From Basidiobolus meristosporus CBS 931.73 (Eukaryota > Fungi > Basidiobolomycota), in the NCBI GenBank assembly GCA_002104905.1, contig MCFE01000163.1:1-64000 (forward strand): a DNA stretch of 64,000 bases, in the 5' to 3' direction. The stretch's first letter is position 1; each line of letters opens with the position of its first letter. Positions 48,665-62,000 of the stretch are shown piece by piece. The notes under the pieces were generated by a model, which was given only the letters and a program-made list of their open reading frames with translations, was not told the origin of the DNA and did not search any database. The position numbers and the translations under genes were made by a program.

Positions 48665-50472
48665 TGTAGTGGGGTGACAGTGACACCCACTGACAGATGT
48701 GCTCATTCCCTTATTTTCTACTTCCCTATATCTCTACTACACGTATTTTAGTTTTATCCCATTTGTCTTACCCAATCAGTACTATCCCATAAGCCGGTTG
48801 ACTATCACACCTGCTTACCTTATTGCATAAGTTACCCCTCACTTTATGTAAGATTACTAGATATAGGTGCTTCTATATTCGGCAAGTACCCACGCCAGTA
48901 CCCGTGACACATAAGCAACCCATGTCACCATCCCTACCACTTCCATACCATATATGGTATCCCTATGTTACACAGGTTCCAGAATACTGATTCCTGATTG
49001 GTTGGATGTGCTGTGCCTCTTAGAACCTCCTGGCACCTACTTAGAACATTCTTAGGTTATTCTGATGTCATTAAGATTTCTATTGATATCCGGAACCTTC
49101 TGGAATACCATGATTAGTAATCACTTAGCCAGTGAGTAAAGTATATAAGCAAGGCTATCCCTCAACAATAAGTCATCATCCCTTTTATCAATATACCAAC
49201 TTGTTGATTAGTGTGATCACTGCTACCTGCTGCTACCTGAACTTCCAACCCCAGACCACAGGACACTCCCAGGAAACTGCGCTAACAGCCAACTGACCTT
49301 GGAGGCACTACTTGTGAGGAATACTCAGAGTAGGTATCTTTTATTATATTTGATTCTTTCCCAAGTTTGTTCTTGTACAGGCAAAGATGCTTTTCTGTCT
49401 TTGTAACTATTGACCACAGCTGCATTCTTATCAAGTCCCTGCCGGTGGAGCTTACAGTTGTTTTGACTTTGGAAGCTTTAGTACATTGTCATCTCAAAGG
49501 ACACTGAACCCAGCACATACTTTTGTTAAGATACCAACTAAGTTGAGGATTGTAGCTCAATAGTTTTCCCTTGACAAGCTTGTGGCTTTATTCCCCTTTA
49601 CATTAGACTTGTTCTGTTGGATAGTGCCACATTGAGCCAAGAGTGCAAAGTGATGCTATAGTGTGCCAGGGTTGCCAAGTGAGCCTATATTTGGCCATAG
49701 AGTGTGAAACATAGCTCTGCATCTTCATTCAAAGCAGCCACTGTGTTTCACTCATTGTACTGGAGAAAATTCATTTGTTGACCTTTTTTGTTGGATCAAT
49801 GTTGTGCATGATGTGTAAGAGCACAAAAGGATTGGAGATGTGCATCTGGTGCTCAATACCCATGGCACTCTGCTTCTGGCTCCTGTAGCTTGTATCATGT
49901 CACAAAAATGCATGGCACTATCTAAGTCCACTGGTGCTATCTGGCACTAGAAGGGCTTTATATAGGTTTTACTTTAGGCCTAATATTTAAATATAGTGCC
50001 TGATAGTACCAGTGGACCAAGATAGTGCCATGCGTTTTTGTGACATGATACAAGCTACAGGAGCCAGAAGCAGAGTGCCATGGGTATTGAGTACCAGATG
50101 CATGTCTTCAGTCCCTTTGTGCTCTTACACATCCTGCACAACATGGATCCAAGAAAAATGGTAAAAAAATGGATTTTCTCCAGCACAATGGGTGAAACAC
50201 AGGGGCTGCTTTGCATGAAGATGAAGAGTTATGTTTCACACTCTGTGGCCAAGTTTAGGTATGCTATGCCTCTCTGGCATGCAATGGCACTATTTGGCAC
50301 TTATGGCTCAATGTGGCACTATCCAACAGAACAAGTCCATTAGATTAGAGACAGAAGCCAAGTATTCCTAGCAAGCTTTTGCCAGAGGTTATTGCACCCA
50401 GTGAACACCCCACACACAAAACACTTGAGAAGTGTTGGATGTATCTCTCTCTTGGGCCTATACACTACCACA
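48665..50472. mobile_element. About 1.07-kb solo-LTR-like insert (plus nested MITE) with 4-bp TSD CTGC, splitting the copia RT at MEQ|PDG
   Basis: TG...CA termini (TGTAGTGG...CTACCACA); CTGC at 48661-48664 and 50473-50476; removing it restores ATG GAG CAG CCT GAT GGG; TATA-like TATATAAG near 49142. Confidence 0.75.
49605..50338. mobile_element. Palindromic non-autonomous DNA transposon (foldback/MITE), copy 2, complete, 734 bp, TSD ATT
   Basis: Arms 49605-49949 and 49994-50338 (345 bp each) around a 44-bp AT-rich spacer; ATT at 49602-49604 and 50339-50341. Confidence 0.88.
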
Positions 50473-53400
50473 CTGCTCCATATACATGTCCTCATCAAGC
50501 TCTCCATTTAAAAATGACGTTTTACAACTGTTTGATGTATAAAAAGCTCATGTTTGGCTGCAATAGCCACTGGCAATCTAATGGTATTGAACTTGGCTAC
50601 CAGTGCAAAGGCCTCAGTATAGTCAAGTCCTTTTGTTTGAGAGTATCCTTGGGCCACACATCTTGCTTTATATGTTTCAATTGTACCATTAGCCTTATTT
50701 TTTGTTTTAAAGACCCATCTGCATCCAATTGATTTTTGGTTGATTGGTAATTTGACTAAGTTCCAAGTTTGATTTTCCATCAGGACCTGCTCTTCCTCTG
50801 TCTTTACAGATCTCCAAAACTCAGTCTGAGGGATATTTAGGACCTCTTTTACAGTCAGGGGCTCATCAGTGTGAACAGAATAGGCATAGGGTAAGTTTGT
50901 GCCCTCATTGATGTAGTAACTCAAGCTATTTCTTGTCTAGTTGGATCTCTTGGCATTTGATACTGGAATGATTGCTTCTGGGATATTCCTGGGCTCTGAT
51001 TCAGGCTGAACCGCAGTTATAGAGTCCTCTGGAGTGAAAAAGGTTTCATTATTTTGCTCTGATTCAATCCTGACTGTTGGTGGGCTTGAGATCAAGTTTT
51101 TGTCATCATGTGATGTTATTTTTTATGAAAATATTAAATTTTTATCAAACAACATATCCCTGGACTTGATCAGCTTCTTTGCTTTGGTATTGTAGAGTCT
51201 ATATGCTTTACTCTCATTGCAGTAGCCCAAAAACATGCATTTTACACTTTCTGGCTCAAATTTTTACTGATTTCCGGGTAGTTTCTTGGCATATGCTGTA
51301 CACCCAAATATTCTTAGATGTTCTGCACTTGGTCTGTATCCATACCATTCTTCCAAATGGAGTAGAACCATGAAGTATTCTGTTAAAACTCCTACTTTTA
51401 GGATATACAGCAGTGGCAACTGATTCCGCCCAAAAATCACAGGATAATTTTTGATCATGGATCATAGATCTTGCCATATCAATTATTGCACTGTTAGCAC
51501 ATTCTGCTACTCCATTTGGCTGTGGGGAGTATGGTACAGTAGTCCCTTGCTTTATCCCATGAATTTTGCAGAAGTGGATGAAGAGTTTTGAGGTATATTC
51601 TCCACCATTGTCAGAACATATTTTCTTGATCTTTTTCACCAGTTTCTCTCTCCACCATGACTTTGAGCTCCCTGAGCTTAGACAGAGCTTCTTCCTTTCT
51701 CTCCATGAAATAGGCCCATGTGCATCTTGTATAATCATCATTAAAAGTGATTAAATACTTCATCTCACCTAAGGATCAATTTTGCATAGGTCCACACAGA
51801 TCTGAGTGAATTAGATCTAATTCTTCTTAGTTTTGATCAACCCAGAGCTCTTGAACGGTTGTCTGGCTTGTTTCCCATATATGCAGGCTTCACAGTGCTC
51901 CAAATTAGCTGGGGGATCAATTATTACTCCAGAAATTAGCTGATCTTTGATCATTTTGTGCAAATAATCAAAATTGATGTGCCCAAATCTCCTGTGCCAA
52001 AGCATTGGTGTTTCTTCATTTAGGTTATATATATTGGCCTCCAAATATGATAGAATATAAGTCAAATTGTATAGATTCTGATCTCTGATACCCAAAGCAA
52101 TATGGGCACCATTTTGATCAGTGATCTTGCATCCAGAATTGTCAAAGCTGAAACTGAGTCCTTCTGCAGTGGCCTTGCTTACAGATAGTAGGTTCTTGGC
52201 TATTTCTGGTACATAGAGTACTTCTTTGAAGTTCAGTGTATGGCTTTCTTTAGTGCTTCTAAGGTTTACTTGGATAGTTCCTTCTCCCACTGCATCAAGT
52301 GATCTATTGTCACCAATGAAAACCTTCTTAATTGGAATTTCTTGATATTGAGTAAAAAGTTCTTTTTGGTGAGTAAGGTGTTGAGATGCTCCAAAGTCAA
52401 TATACCATGTCTGAGAATCCTTGTTTGTGGTCATATTTAGTGCAGATATGAATAGTCTATCTTCATTTTTGCAGCATTTCCATATTCAGGCTTTTTCTGC
52501 TGGCTATCTTTCTTTTGAAACACCGGTCTGATGTGTGTCCTTTCCTTTTGCAGTAGTTGCAAAACAGGTTGCTGTTGCCTTTGTAGGGTCTTGGGTACCT
52601 CCTTTGTTGGTTATCATTGCTTATTAAAGCATTTTCTTCTTCCTTCTTACTGGCACTTGATTTTCTTAATCTTCATCCAGGAGCCTTCCATATACGTAAT
52701 TTAAGGTCAAATCTTCAGTTCTGGACTCTAGGGCTGATAAAAGGCCCTAAAACATGTCTGTCAGGCTATTCAGGATGGTGACTAGCACATCTATGTCAGT
52801 AGTTGGTACACCCACAGATTCCATTTCATCTACCATCAGGGTAATTCTGTTAATTAGATTTTTCATTTCTTCTCCTGGCAACATCTTTGTAGTAAAGAAT
52901 TTTTGTCTCAGATACATTCTCTTAGCAGCTGAACATAACTGGTAGGTGTCTTCTAATGCCTTCCAGGCATTCTTTGCTGTTTTTGCTCTTGAGCATTGAA
53001 TTATCAATTTGTCCTTAACATCAAGGCAAATGCAGTTAAAGGCACTTTGTTCTTCCTTCTGGTACTTTAAGGCTTCCTCTCCTAGATTTTTAGGAGGGCA
53101 TTCTTCTCCTATGACAATATCCCAAAGGCCTCTTTCTTGTAGCAGCATCTTCATCTTCACCTTCCACACTTGGTAATTAGATCCATCCAACTTTTCAGTA
53201 GAGGGGAGAATTCCAGTAAAAGCAGTAGTAGACATTGCAGAGAGTAACAGCATGGGGCTCATAACCTGTTGTAAGAATCTTGGAGATATTGGAGGTGATT
53301 TGGAGAACAAGTAGATTATGTGGTTTTTACTTAATGATTTTTGAATGTTAAAGTAGTATACATACTTTTACATGGTCTTGACATAGCAAACACATAGAAT

Positions 53401-53899
53401 AGGCTAAGGAAGGACCTAAGAGCATGTGTGCAAAGTTTGAGGCTGTTTGGTCAACTTTGAGAATTTTAATGTTCTGGATACCTGATATTTTGGTGAAAAT
53501 ATTTTAAGTAAATCCCAACAAGGAATTTGGTCAGTATTCTCTAGGATTTGAGGGTAATGATCTAAGTGACTAAGTTAGGTGTATATTTAGGTGGAATTAC
53601 AGTTTTACAACAATTAAGCCTCAATGTATGTTCATTTGGTAGGTGAAACCATTTCTTGGGGCTGAGAGGTTCTTAGCTGCAGGTAGGATTTTTCATGGTA
53701 GTTTTTCTCATTCTTAGTTGAGTTTTTTGACTGCATTAGGTGATTCAATAGAATTAGATGATCTAGTATCCAGTAGTGCTACATTTGATTGGCCATTGAG
53801 GGTGAGTGCTACCTCTATGACTGTTAGCTGTGCAATTGGTTGCCTCTTTTCTTGGACAGTTGCAATTTTAGCAGGAAATTCCAAGAGGTTGTAGAACTC

Positions 53900-54810
53900 T
53901 GCTACTCTATGTTCTTCATATGCTTACTCATACCCTGTCATATCTTTGGTTTAATGGTTATCTAGAAGCTGAGTGGGATTTGCCAATGGTGTATAGCTGT
54001 TCTCAGATCAGGCAGTTAATCTATATCCCATCATTTTATGTTAAAGGCATTTGTCATCAGAGTATGGATTATGAGTTTTAGTGTCTTGCTGCTTCTCCAA
54101 GGCATTTCCTGACTTGTGCAGCTAATTGGTGATGTGTTTGCATTTCATGGTAGAATGATACCATCTTCCACACAGCTCACAGTGCTTGGTAGCAGAATAC
54201 TCCTTCTTGGTGGCATGTCTACGCTGACTTTGGTTCTACTGGATATTGAGTGAAGTTGCCTGAGATCTGGCTAACAGTTGCGGTCATATTGATTGCAAGT
54301 TTTATATCTCTGAGATCTTGGCAGAAGTCTAGCCCAATTGGTGTTGGGGTCTAGCTGTTATGTAGTAAGGACTAGACTAAGCTTGTAAAGAAACTCAGTA
54401 GGACTCTTTATTGCATGGCACCCTAAGCATAAAGAGGCAAGGATCTTGGGACAACCACTGGGGCATGTCTAGAGGGAGATATACATATGGAGGATTCAAA
54501 GGTATACGTGTTGGTGGCTAATGCAGTGCAAGGCTTAGTAGTTTTTCAGTGCTGTCAGCCACTATGGCAACATTCTTCAGTGCTTCTCTGATTATTGCAG
54601 CTTCATCTTTGTATCTGGATATGATTTCAAGGAGCTCATCTATGCCATGAGTGTCAGGTCTTGTCTTGGCAAGCTTTCAATTTTCAAGCACCAAGGTGTT
54701 TGTTTAACTCATGATGTTTTTGAGCTGCTCAGTAAGTGCTTCATGATTTCTCTTAGCTTCTTCCCACATGGAAAGATTTGGATTGCTTGCTGCTGAGGAC
54801 ATCTTGTAAA
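53900..54810 (-). mobile_element. Degenerate gag-like retroelement remnant with zinc knuckle
   Basis: Stop-interrupted frame MSSAASNPNLSMWEEAKRNHEAL..., and CCHC-type CELCGRWYHSTMKC near 54150-54190. Confidence 0.5.
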
Positions 54811-57800
54811 GTGGCTGAATGTAATGGAATTCAACTAAGGAAGTGTTGTATCCAAGAGAAAAGCTTATTAAACTGCTATATGATTTGACTAAATTATAGG
54901 GACAATTAACGGTAGGATTGTAGAATGGTAAGAGAGTTGCAGAAATAGTAGCAGCAAGATTCTGGTCTACTATTGGTATTGTATATATATAGGTTTGGCT
55001 CTAAAGACAACCAAGTTGGTTTGCCAGATAGGTTACGCTTGGTGTTCCTATGAATGCCAGATCTGCTGGGCTTGGGTACAAACTAGAATGCAATTGCTAA
55101 TACATAATCTAAATTCTGTTAAGGCATATACTGCACCTTTTGGTTCATTATGCCTTATCAATACCTTTTGGATTAAGTTGGATAAATAAGTGCTAAATGA
55201 CTGATTAATTGATATTATTTTGGGTGTTGATAGGTGCAAAAGATAGATAAGAGTTCCATTTTCAATCAGCGGATGTTTTGGCAACTACTAAGCTGCATGA
55301 TATATCTCAGATGACCAATCAATTGGAAAGGCTTAGCAGTTGACAGCTAAAAAAAGCTGCTGAGATGAGATAAAATCAGCCATAAAGTAGAAAACCTATA
55401 TCTGGTTTAGGCAAATTAGTTAGGGCCCTGGATTGCCTAATGGAGTAGTGTTGGCTAAGTTTCAAATATTGATGCACAGCAGGAAACTGTGCAGTGACAG
55501 AATGTGCAAATAAACCATATAGAGCTATCAATATCACAGGTAGGGAATACAATGTCATTCCTACAAGTAGGCAACTCAATAGTCAAATGCTACAGACTAG
55601 AGTTGAGTCATTTTGTGACGTACTATCAGAGAAATACTATATGGTCTCAGAAGTACATCAATGGTACTCAAAGATATATCCTGCAGAGAAAGTCTCATGC
55701 TATTCCCAGGAGAGATAATGGTAATCTACCTATTAGAAGGCTATCACAGAACTTGAATTCTGTGAGTAAGAGGAATTGACGCCGTGAGGAGACCATGCCA
55801 AGACATTTAAGAGTAAACTACACCTCATATTTTGCAAATAACTTGGCCAAAATGCTTCATCACCATATGGTATAAGTGGCTTTCAATTATTTCTGTGCTA
55901 ATCCTCTCACCATCTGATTGCCAAAGCTCAGTTACCCACTACATTTGGGAGCATTGGTTGGCTTTTGCTTCATTTCCACATTCCTAATTTCCTGACTTAA
56001 ACAATTCTCATTTCATACATACAAGTTAGATTATTTCCTTTCAGTATGGAATTGTGACTCAATTGCCAGTTTTACTGACCTAAATAAGTCCCTATACTCA
56101 AAATCAACACTAAGCCCAACCTCACATGCAAAAAGTAACTCCTTCAAAGCTTGTCACTCAAAGAGTATTTTGAGCAAAGTGACCTGCCCTCATGACCTTG
56201 AGGAAACCCTACAGCTGTATGCTGTTAATCTTGTTCTGGCTTCCATACAGCCTGGTCTTTAACAGGCATTGCACAGAATAGCACCTCACCTGACAGTGGC
56301 CATAGTAGGTCTGTGCAACATTACAGTCAGCTTTCTTGGGCACTGCACTTCAGGAAGTACTGTAAACTCTTATTGTACTGGATATTGCACCAAAATATAC
56401 TGTGGGCACTATTATAGTCTCCTGAGTTCTTGAAATGATTGCCTTGTATGTCACTGAGATCTCCACTAAGTTTACAATTGAAGACATGAAGGCTGTGATA
56501 TGCATAATGTCTTTTGCAGCAAGCTCATCTATATCACTAGAGTGGTGATTGCCTGGCTGCACTTCCAATTCATCAGAATATAGCTATTGTCTTCTTAGTG
56601 ATTTTTCTGGGTTTTATGCAATCTGGCTTGTTGCAGGCTCATGGCATTAACTGATAAGGACTGCCTCTTTTTCTTTGGCTTCCCTGTCTCTGGCCTGGAT
56701 TGACTTCTTTCCCTTTCCCTTCTCCTCTTTTATTGCTAGGTCTTTCACAGCTAATTTGTCTGAGTGAATCTTGATTCAAGTAGGTAGCTGGTTCCTGAGT
56801 AGCACTCTTCAAGCTACATGACATATCTTTGCCACTTGTTGACCACTCTTGGCCCTACTTGCAACAGGCACCTGAGGATGCGGCTGGTTTAGGCCATGGC
56901 ACCCTTACTCTTCTACCATTAGAAGCTTCTACAATTCTTCAAAAACTTCTTGGCATACCAATGCTGAATCAAAGTCTGCTTGCTTGCTTGAATCCAGGAT
57001 AATAGACTTGGTCCATTGTACCATGCTGGGGTATATGGTGCAATCCACAGTTGTAAAGAACACTTAGGCACAATGTTGTAGTTACCAGTGACCAGCATTA
57101 CTCTTGGACAGTTTTGCACTATTTGGGACAGACTGGTACCCTATGGCATAATCTGACACAATGAGGTTGGCACAGATGATTGCACCATCTTGTAATGTCT
57201 GTATCTCATGCGTAATTGGATACTACTATCATGGTAGGTAAAGTCCAGTATTTACATATGCTTCTATGATGTAAATGAAAATAAATGCATATCATACTAT
57301 AAACTAGACTTGATCCATTATATGGTGCCACATAATACCAGCCTATTTATGGTGATATGGCAATCTGTCACCATGCGGCAGTCTCAGGCACCATAATTTT
57401 GACCATAATTCTGGTGGTAGAATACAATTGCTGGTAATTATATCAATATTGCTTAAATTGTGCAGAATAGTGCGTTTCACAATTTATTTACTCTAAATAA
57501 TGCTCTAGACATATTTCTCTCACCAGATCTCTACTTGAATAATGCTTTCACATTTAAACTATGTCTGAAACACAATTCCTCCCTGTACTGAGTGCTGAAT
57601 AATACTCTGCCCAGAGTGCTTTGTCATGCCTACTTCCAGCAAGTAGTCCACTAAACCAGATGATGGTACCCTATAGGTCAAATGGTGCTTGGAGATTCAC
57701 AGTGTATGCTTGCATTTGCCAGAATAACAGTGTTGCTGCCCACTAGAAGGGCTGTAAATCCATATTAGGAAGTGTTGTGTTATATTGTTACAAGTCCTGA

Positions 57801-57849
57801 TATAAGAGTTGTAGAGGAATATGGAGTTTAGCCAGTGTTGTATTCACTA

Positions 57850-57990
57850 AAACTTGAACTGATCTTTATTGAGATTCCAGCAGCTCCTTATATTCATCTG
57901 ATAATGGCCCTGACCACTGTGGCTCAAACTTCTTCCAAGTGTTGCTTCTTAGCAATACAATGTTCTGTTGTGTTGTATTATGATTAGTTT
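57850..57990 (-). mobile_element. Ty3/gypsy integrase C-terminal fragment
   Basis: VLLRSNTWKKFEPQWSGP resembles the GPY/F-module region. Confidence 0.5.
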
Positions 57991-58290
57991 GGGGCTTGTT
58001 CTACAATGTAGAGGCTAATCAACAATATACAACAACTTCCAGTACGGTAATACTGAAATAGTTTATTGGGAGTTTGATATACCAATAGAAGATATAACTT
58101 TCACTAATTTCTTCAATCTTAGGCTCAGGATATACTGTAGGCAGTGTTTATCACTTCTACAGCAGTGTTCTGACCTTCTGTTGACTAATGGGCTTATTTA
58201 CTTTTACAGCAACTTTTCCTTGTTTGGAAGTCACTTTCCTTTCTGAGAAAATATTTCCTAATATAGAGATTCTGAGCTCCCCTTTAACCT

Positions 58291-58505
58291 AAAGGGGTGC
58301 GTTGTAGAAGTCACTAAAGGGGTCTTTAGATCTAAAGGGGTGTCTAAAGGAGTGTCTAAAGGGGTGTCTTTAGAGTAAAGAGGCTTCTTGTAGTAGTCTC
58401 TAAAGTGGACTTTACACTAAAGGGGTGCCTAAAGGAGCTTCTTTAGAGTAAAGGAGTTTCTTAAAGGGGTGTCTAAAGGGGTGTCTTTAGAGTAAAGGGG
58501 TTTCA
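58291..58505. repeat. Imperfect 12-bp minisatellite (TAAAGGGGTGTC and variants)
   Basis: Many TAAAGG(G/A)GT units, plus a larger repeated block TAAAGGGGTGTCTTTAGAGTAAAG. Confidence 0.75.
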
Positions 58506-59099
58506 TGTGGTAGTTTCTTGTAGAACTTGGATTGGATTCTTGTAAGCTTTACAGTCTCTTTATTGATGTAGTACCAATCAAGGTCAGAATACTCAACAGT
58601 GAAAGTGATGCAGGGGAAGTTTTATAACCTTTAAACTTGTAATTGTAGTGTGGAGATTCTGGAAAGAGAGGCTCTCCCTTTATTTTGCAGCTGGGGAAGT
58701 CATATATATGAAAATTCTGAAGGATCAGAGTTTCTGGGTGATTGTGCAAGCAATACACATCATATGAAACTAAAATTTTGCAGTGGCGCAAAATAGATAT
58801 AGGAGCAGCACCTGTAAAAGTTTCACGTGATTTGATTGGCTGATTCAAAAGTTACATGCAATCAAAGTCACCATAGTAATCCTAGCAATAAGGCATAGTA
58901 TCTATAATAATTGGACTATTTTTGTCATAACTCCTTAAGTACTGCTTCAAATGAGCTGTAATTTGAAACATGTGTTGGCTACTATGTGTTCTGTATGACA
59001 TAATATTCTTGGGTGGATTGCTTGTCAGGGCCTGGAGCATTTGTTCATCAAAGTTGGAAATTTTTGATCTTTCACTTGTGTGTTACAATAGCAAAAAGC

Positions 59100-62000
59100 A
59101 AAATAAAGAAATGAGAGCAATGTTGGTTTAGAGATATTGTAGTAATGGAATACTTTCCATTACCACAGTTCCCAACTATCAATGCTTCTGGTGCTATAGT
59201 CTTACTAGATCTCTGCTTCATTTTTCTGCACTTTGAGATACTTTGGCCTGTGCCTCTTGACATCTTTGTTTCAGTTGCTGGTGTCTGCTAGGCTAACTAG
59301 GTTCTTCCCCTAAGGTGTCTGTAAGCTTTGGTTGTGTGAGATCTCCTGGAATCCTTGGTTCACATCCATATATTGAGTAAAATGGCAATTTTGGGTGGTA
59401 TTGTACACTCTAACTCTACAGGCAAAAAGTGCTTAGTCTATATACTCATCCCATCCACTGACAGCTCCTTTTGCATACTTGGTCAGCATTTTCCCAACTA
59501 ATCCATTAAACTGTTTGGTGACTCCATTAGTTCTGGGGTGATATGCTGGGGTTTTAAAGTGTTTGATATGCTGCATTTCCAGGTAAGCTACTAATGTCTT
59601 TGCCATAAAGTCTGCTCATCCATTAGATAAGATCTCCACAGGGCATCCAAGCATCATCACAATCTGATGGTAGATGAAACTTGCAACTTCCTGTTCACTG
59701 GCTATAGGTACAGCTTTAGTAACTGGCCATTTGGTGACATGGTCAATTGCTACAAAGATCCAATGTTTTTGCAGGCTTCTCAATATCTTGTTTCATTCTG
59801 GGCCACTGTGCTCTGGCTTTTACAATGTTATAGGTTCCTTCAATCCCAAGATGTCCATATCCATTGTGCAACTTATGTATTAAATCCAGGCAAGCAACAT
59901 AAGGGCCATAGGCAATACGGCTTCCATCAACATTTTGGTAGATTGTTTCAACCTGTACTACAAACCTGTTGGCTTCATCCCACATTATCTTCTTAATATC
60001 TTCATCCACCACATTAGGAATGGCTTGGTCCTCCAATTACCTTGGAAATAAGCTTGGCCAATCTGATTCATGCACTAAGTTGAGTTGTGCCACTTGTTCA
60101 AGCCTTGACAAGGCATCACAACAGTGTTGTTTTTTCCAATGCAGTAGACAATCTCCAAATCAAATTGCCAAATGTATTCACTCCATCTTGTCATTCTGCT
60201 GGACAGTACCTTCTGAATTAACATTTACTTGAGGGAGGCATGATCAGTCTTCACAGTGCAGTTGACTCCTTTGATATAACATCTCCATGCCTTCAAGTAG
60301 TATAATATAGCAAGCATCTTCTTCTCATACTCTGGATAGCTTTGGTCTGCTGAGTACAGTTTCTTGGATTCAAAGGCAGCTGGGTAGCTCTTTCCCTTGT
60401 GTTCTTGGCTCAGCACTCCACCAATTGCATAGTCTGAAGCATCTGTGCACAGAGTAAACTCTTTTCTGAAGTCTGGGATTCTCAAGCTTGATAGTTCAGC
60501 AAGTTCATTCTTGAGCATTTCAAAGGCAGTCTCACAGCCTATGTCCCACTTCATAGTGTTGTCTTTCTTGAGAATATCAGCTAAAAGGGCTGCAGTATTT
60601 GCAAAGGACTTGACAAATCTCCAATAATAGGAAACCATTCCAAGGTATGATCTGAGTTATGATATGCTATGTGGCTGCTTCAGATCCTTGATGACTTCAA
60701 CCTTTTTGGGGTCTAAGATCACTACTGTGCTAGTAACTATGTGTCCCAGGATTCAACATGTACTTTTAGGTACTCACACTTTGCTAGCTTGCCTTACAGC
60801 TTATTGTCTCTTAGCTTCTGCAAGACCTTTTCAATGGGCCCCAAGTGTTCCTCTTCTGTCTTACTGTTATCAATATGTCATCTAGGTAAATTACCACAAA
60901 CTTCTTGAAGTATTTTTAGAAGACTGTTTGCATCAAGGTTATGAATGTTGCAGGGGCATTAGTGAGGCCAAAACTCATGACTAGGTATTGGCAATGTCTG
61001 TTGAAATATTGGACTATTTGGTATCATTCTGCAGCTAAAAATTTACTTAACAATCCTGGACTAGTCTTGGTCACTGTGGGACTAATTTACAGCTCTAGCT
61101 TTGCCACTTTCTTCAGATCTATGATCTTATGATTATTCCCCTATAGTGAAGATCAAATTAGTACCAATACTAAATACTATGTACTAACCCTGAAACTGTT
61201 ACAGAATGCTCCTGAACATTGAGAAACCCTCCTTACTTAGTGTTACAGCTGTATTACTTCTACAAAGGTATAAATACTGAGCTTCTTTATTAATAAACAA
61301 CAGTTAAACTATTATCACTATTTCTTGATAAGTTCCTTTTATCCAAATCACTTCTTAAATTGCAACAATGTCCATATCTAGTCCTGAATACTGTCTTAAG
61401 GATATCCTCTGATTTCACTCTGGTCTGGTTGCATCCTGACATGTGGTTGATCTTGCTGAATTTAGTGGCTCCATTCAGTAGGTCCAAAAGCTCATCAATC
61501 CTAGGTATGGGGTACTTATATGTCATGGTAACTGAGTTTAGGGCTCTGTAGCAACGTGCATCCTGAGTGTCCCATTCTTCTGTTTCACAAAAGGTACTGG
61601 TGCTCCCCAAGGTGACTTGCTGGGTTGGATGTATCCTGGCTCCAATAACTGATCTACTTGTCTCTTCATCTCTTCCAACTCCAATGAACTCATTCTGTAA
61701 GGTGTCTCACTCACTGGAGGGCTATCTCCTGTATTGCTGGCATGATCCACATCTCTGACTGGTGGTAGGCTTACAAGTTCATCTGGAAATACGTCTGAAT
61801 ATTCCTTCAATAGTGTCTGAACCTTCTGGGATGCTGAAGTAGAGGAATCATCTTCTAATATTACCATGAGGAACATCTGGGTGTCTTTTCAAAATGCTCT
61901 ACAGAGCTGTGTCCTGCTAAGTTCACCTGTTTCACACACACTGGAATTGACCTAGTTAAAATCAAGTCTGGCAGGTGATAGTTCATAGGTCTTATTGTCC

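Larger units (their letters stand above)
46712..53612 (-). mobile_element. Full-length but degenerate Ty1/copia retrotransposon (family A) with nested insertions
   Basis: 5' LTR 53612-53267; PBS GGTTATGAGCCC; gag KLDGSNYQVWKVKMK; CCHC knuckle CNYCKRKGHTSDRC; protease WYIDFGAS; pre-integrase LWHRRFGH; integrase SDNGGEY; RT split by inserts; RNase H; PPT; 3' LTR 47060-~46712. TSD not clean. Confidence 0.9.
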
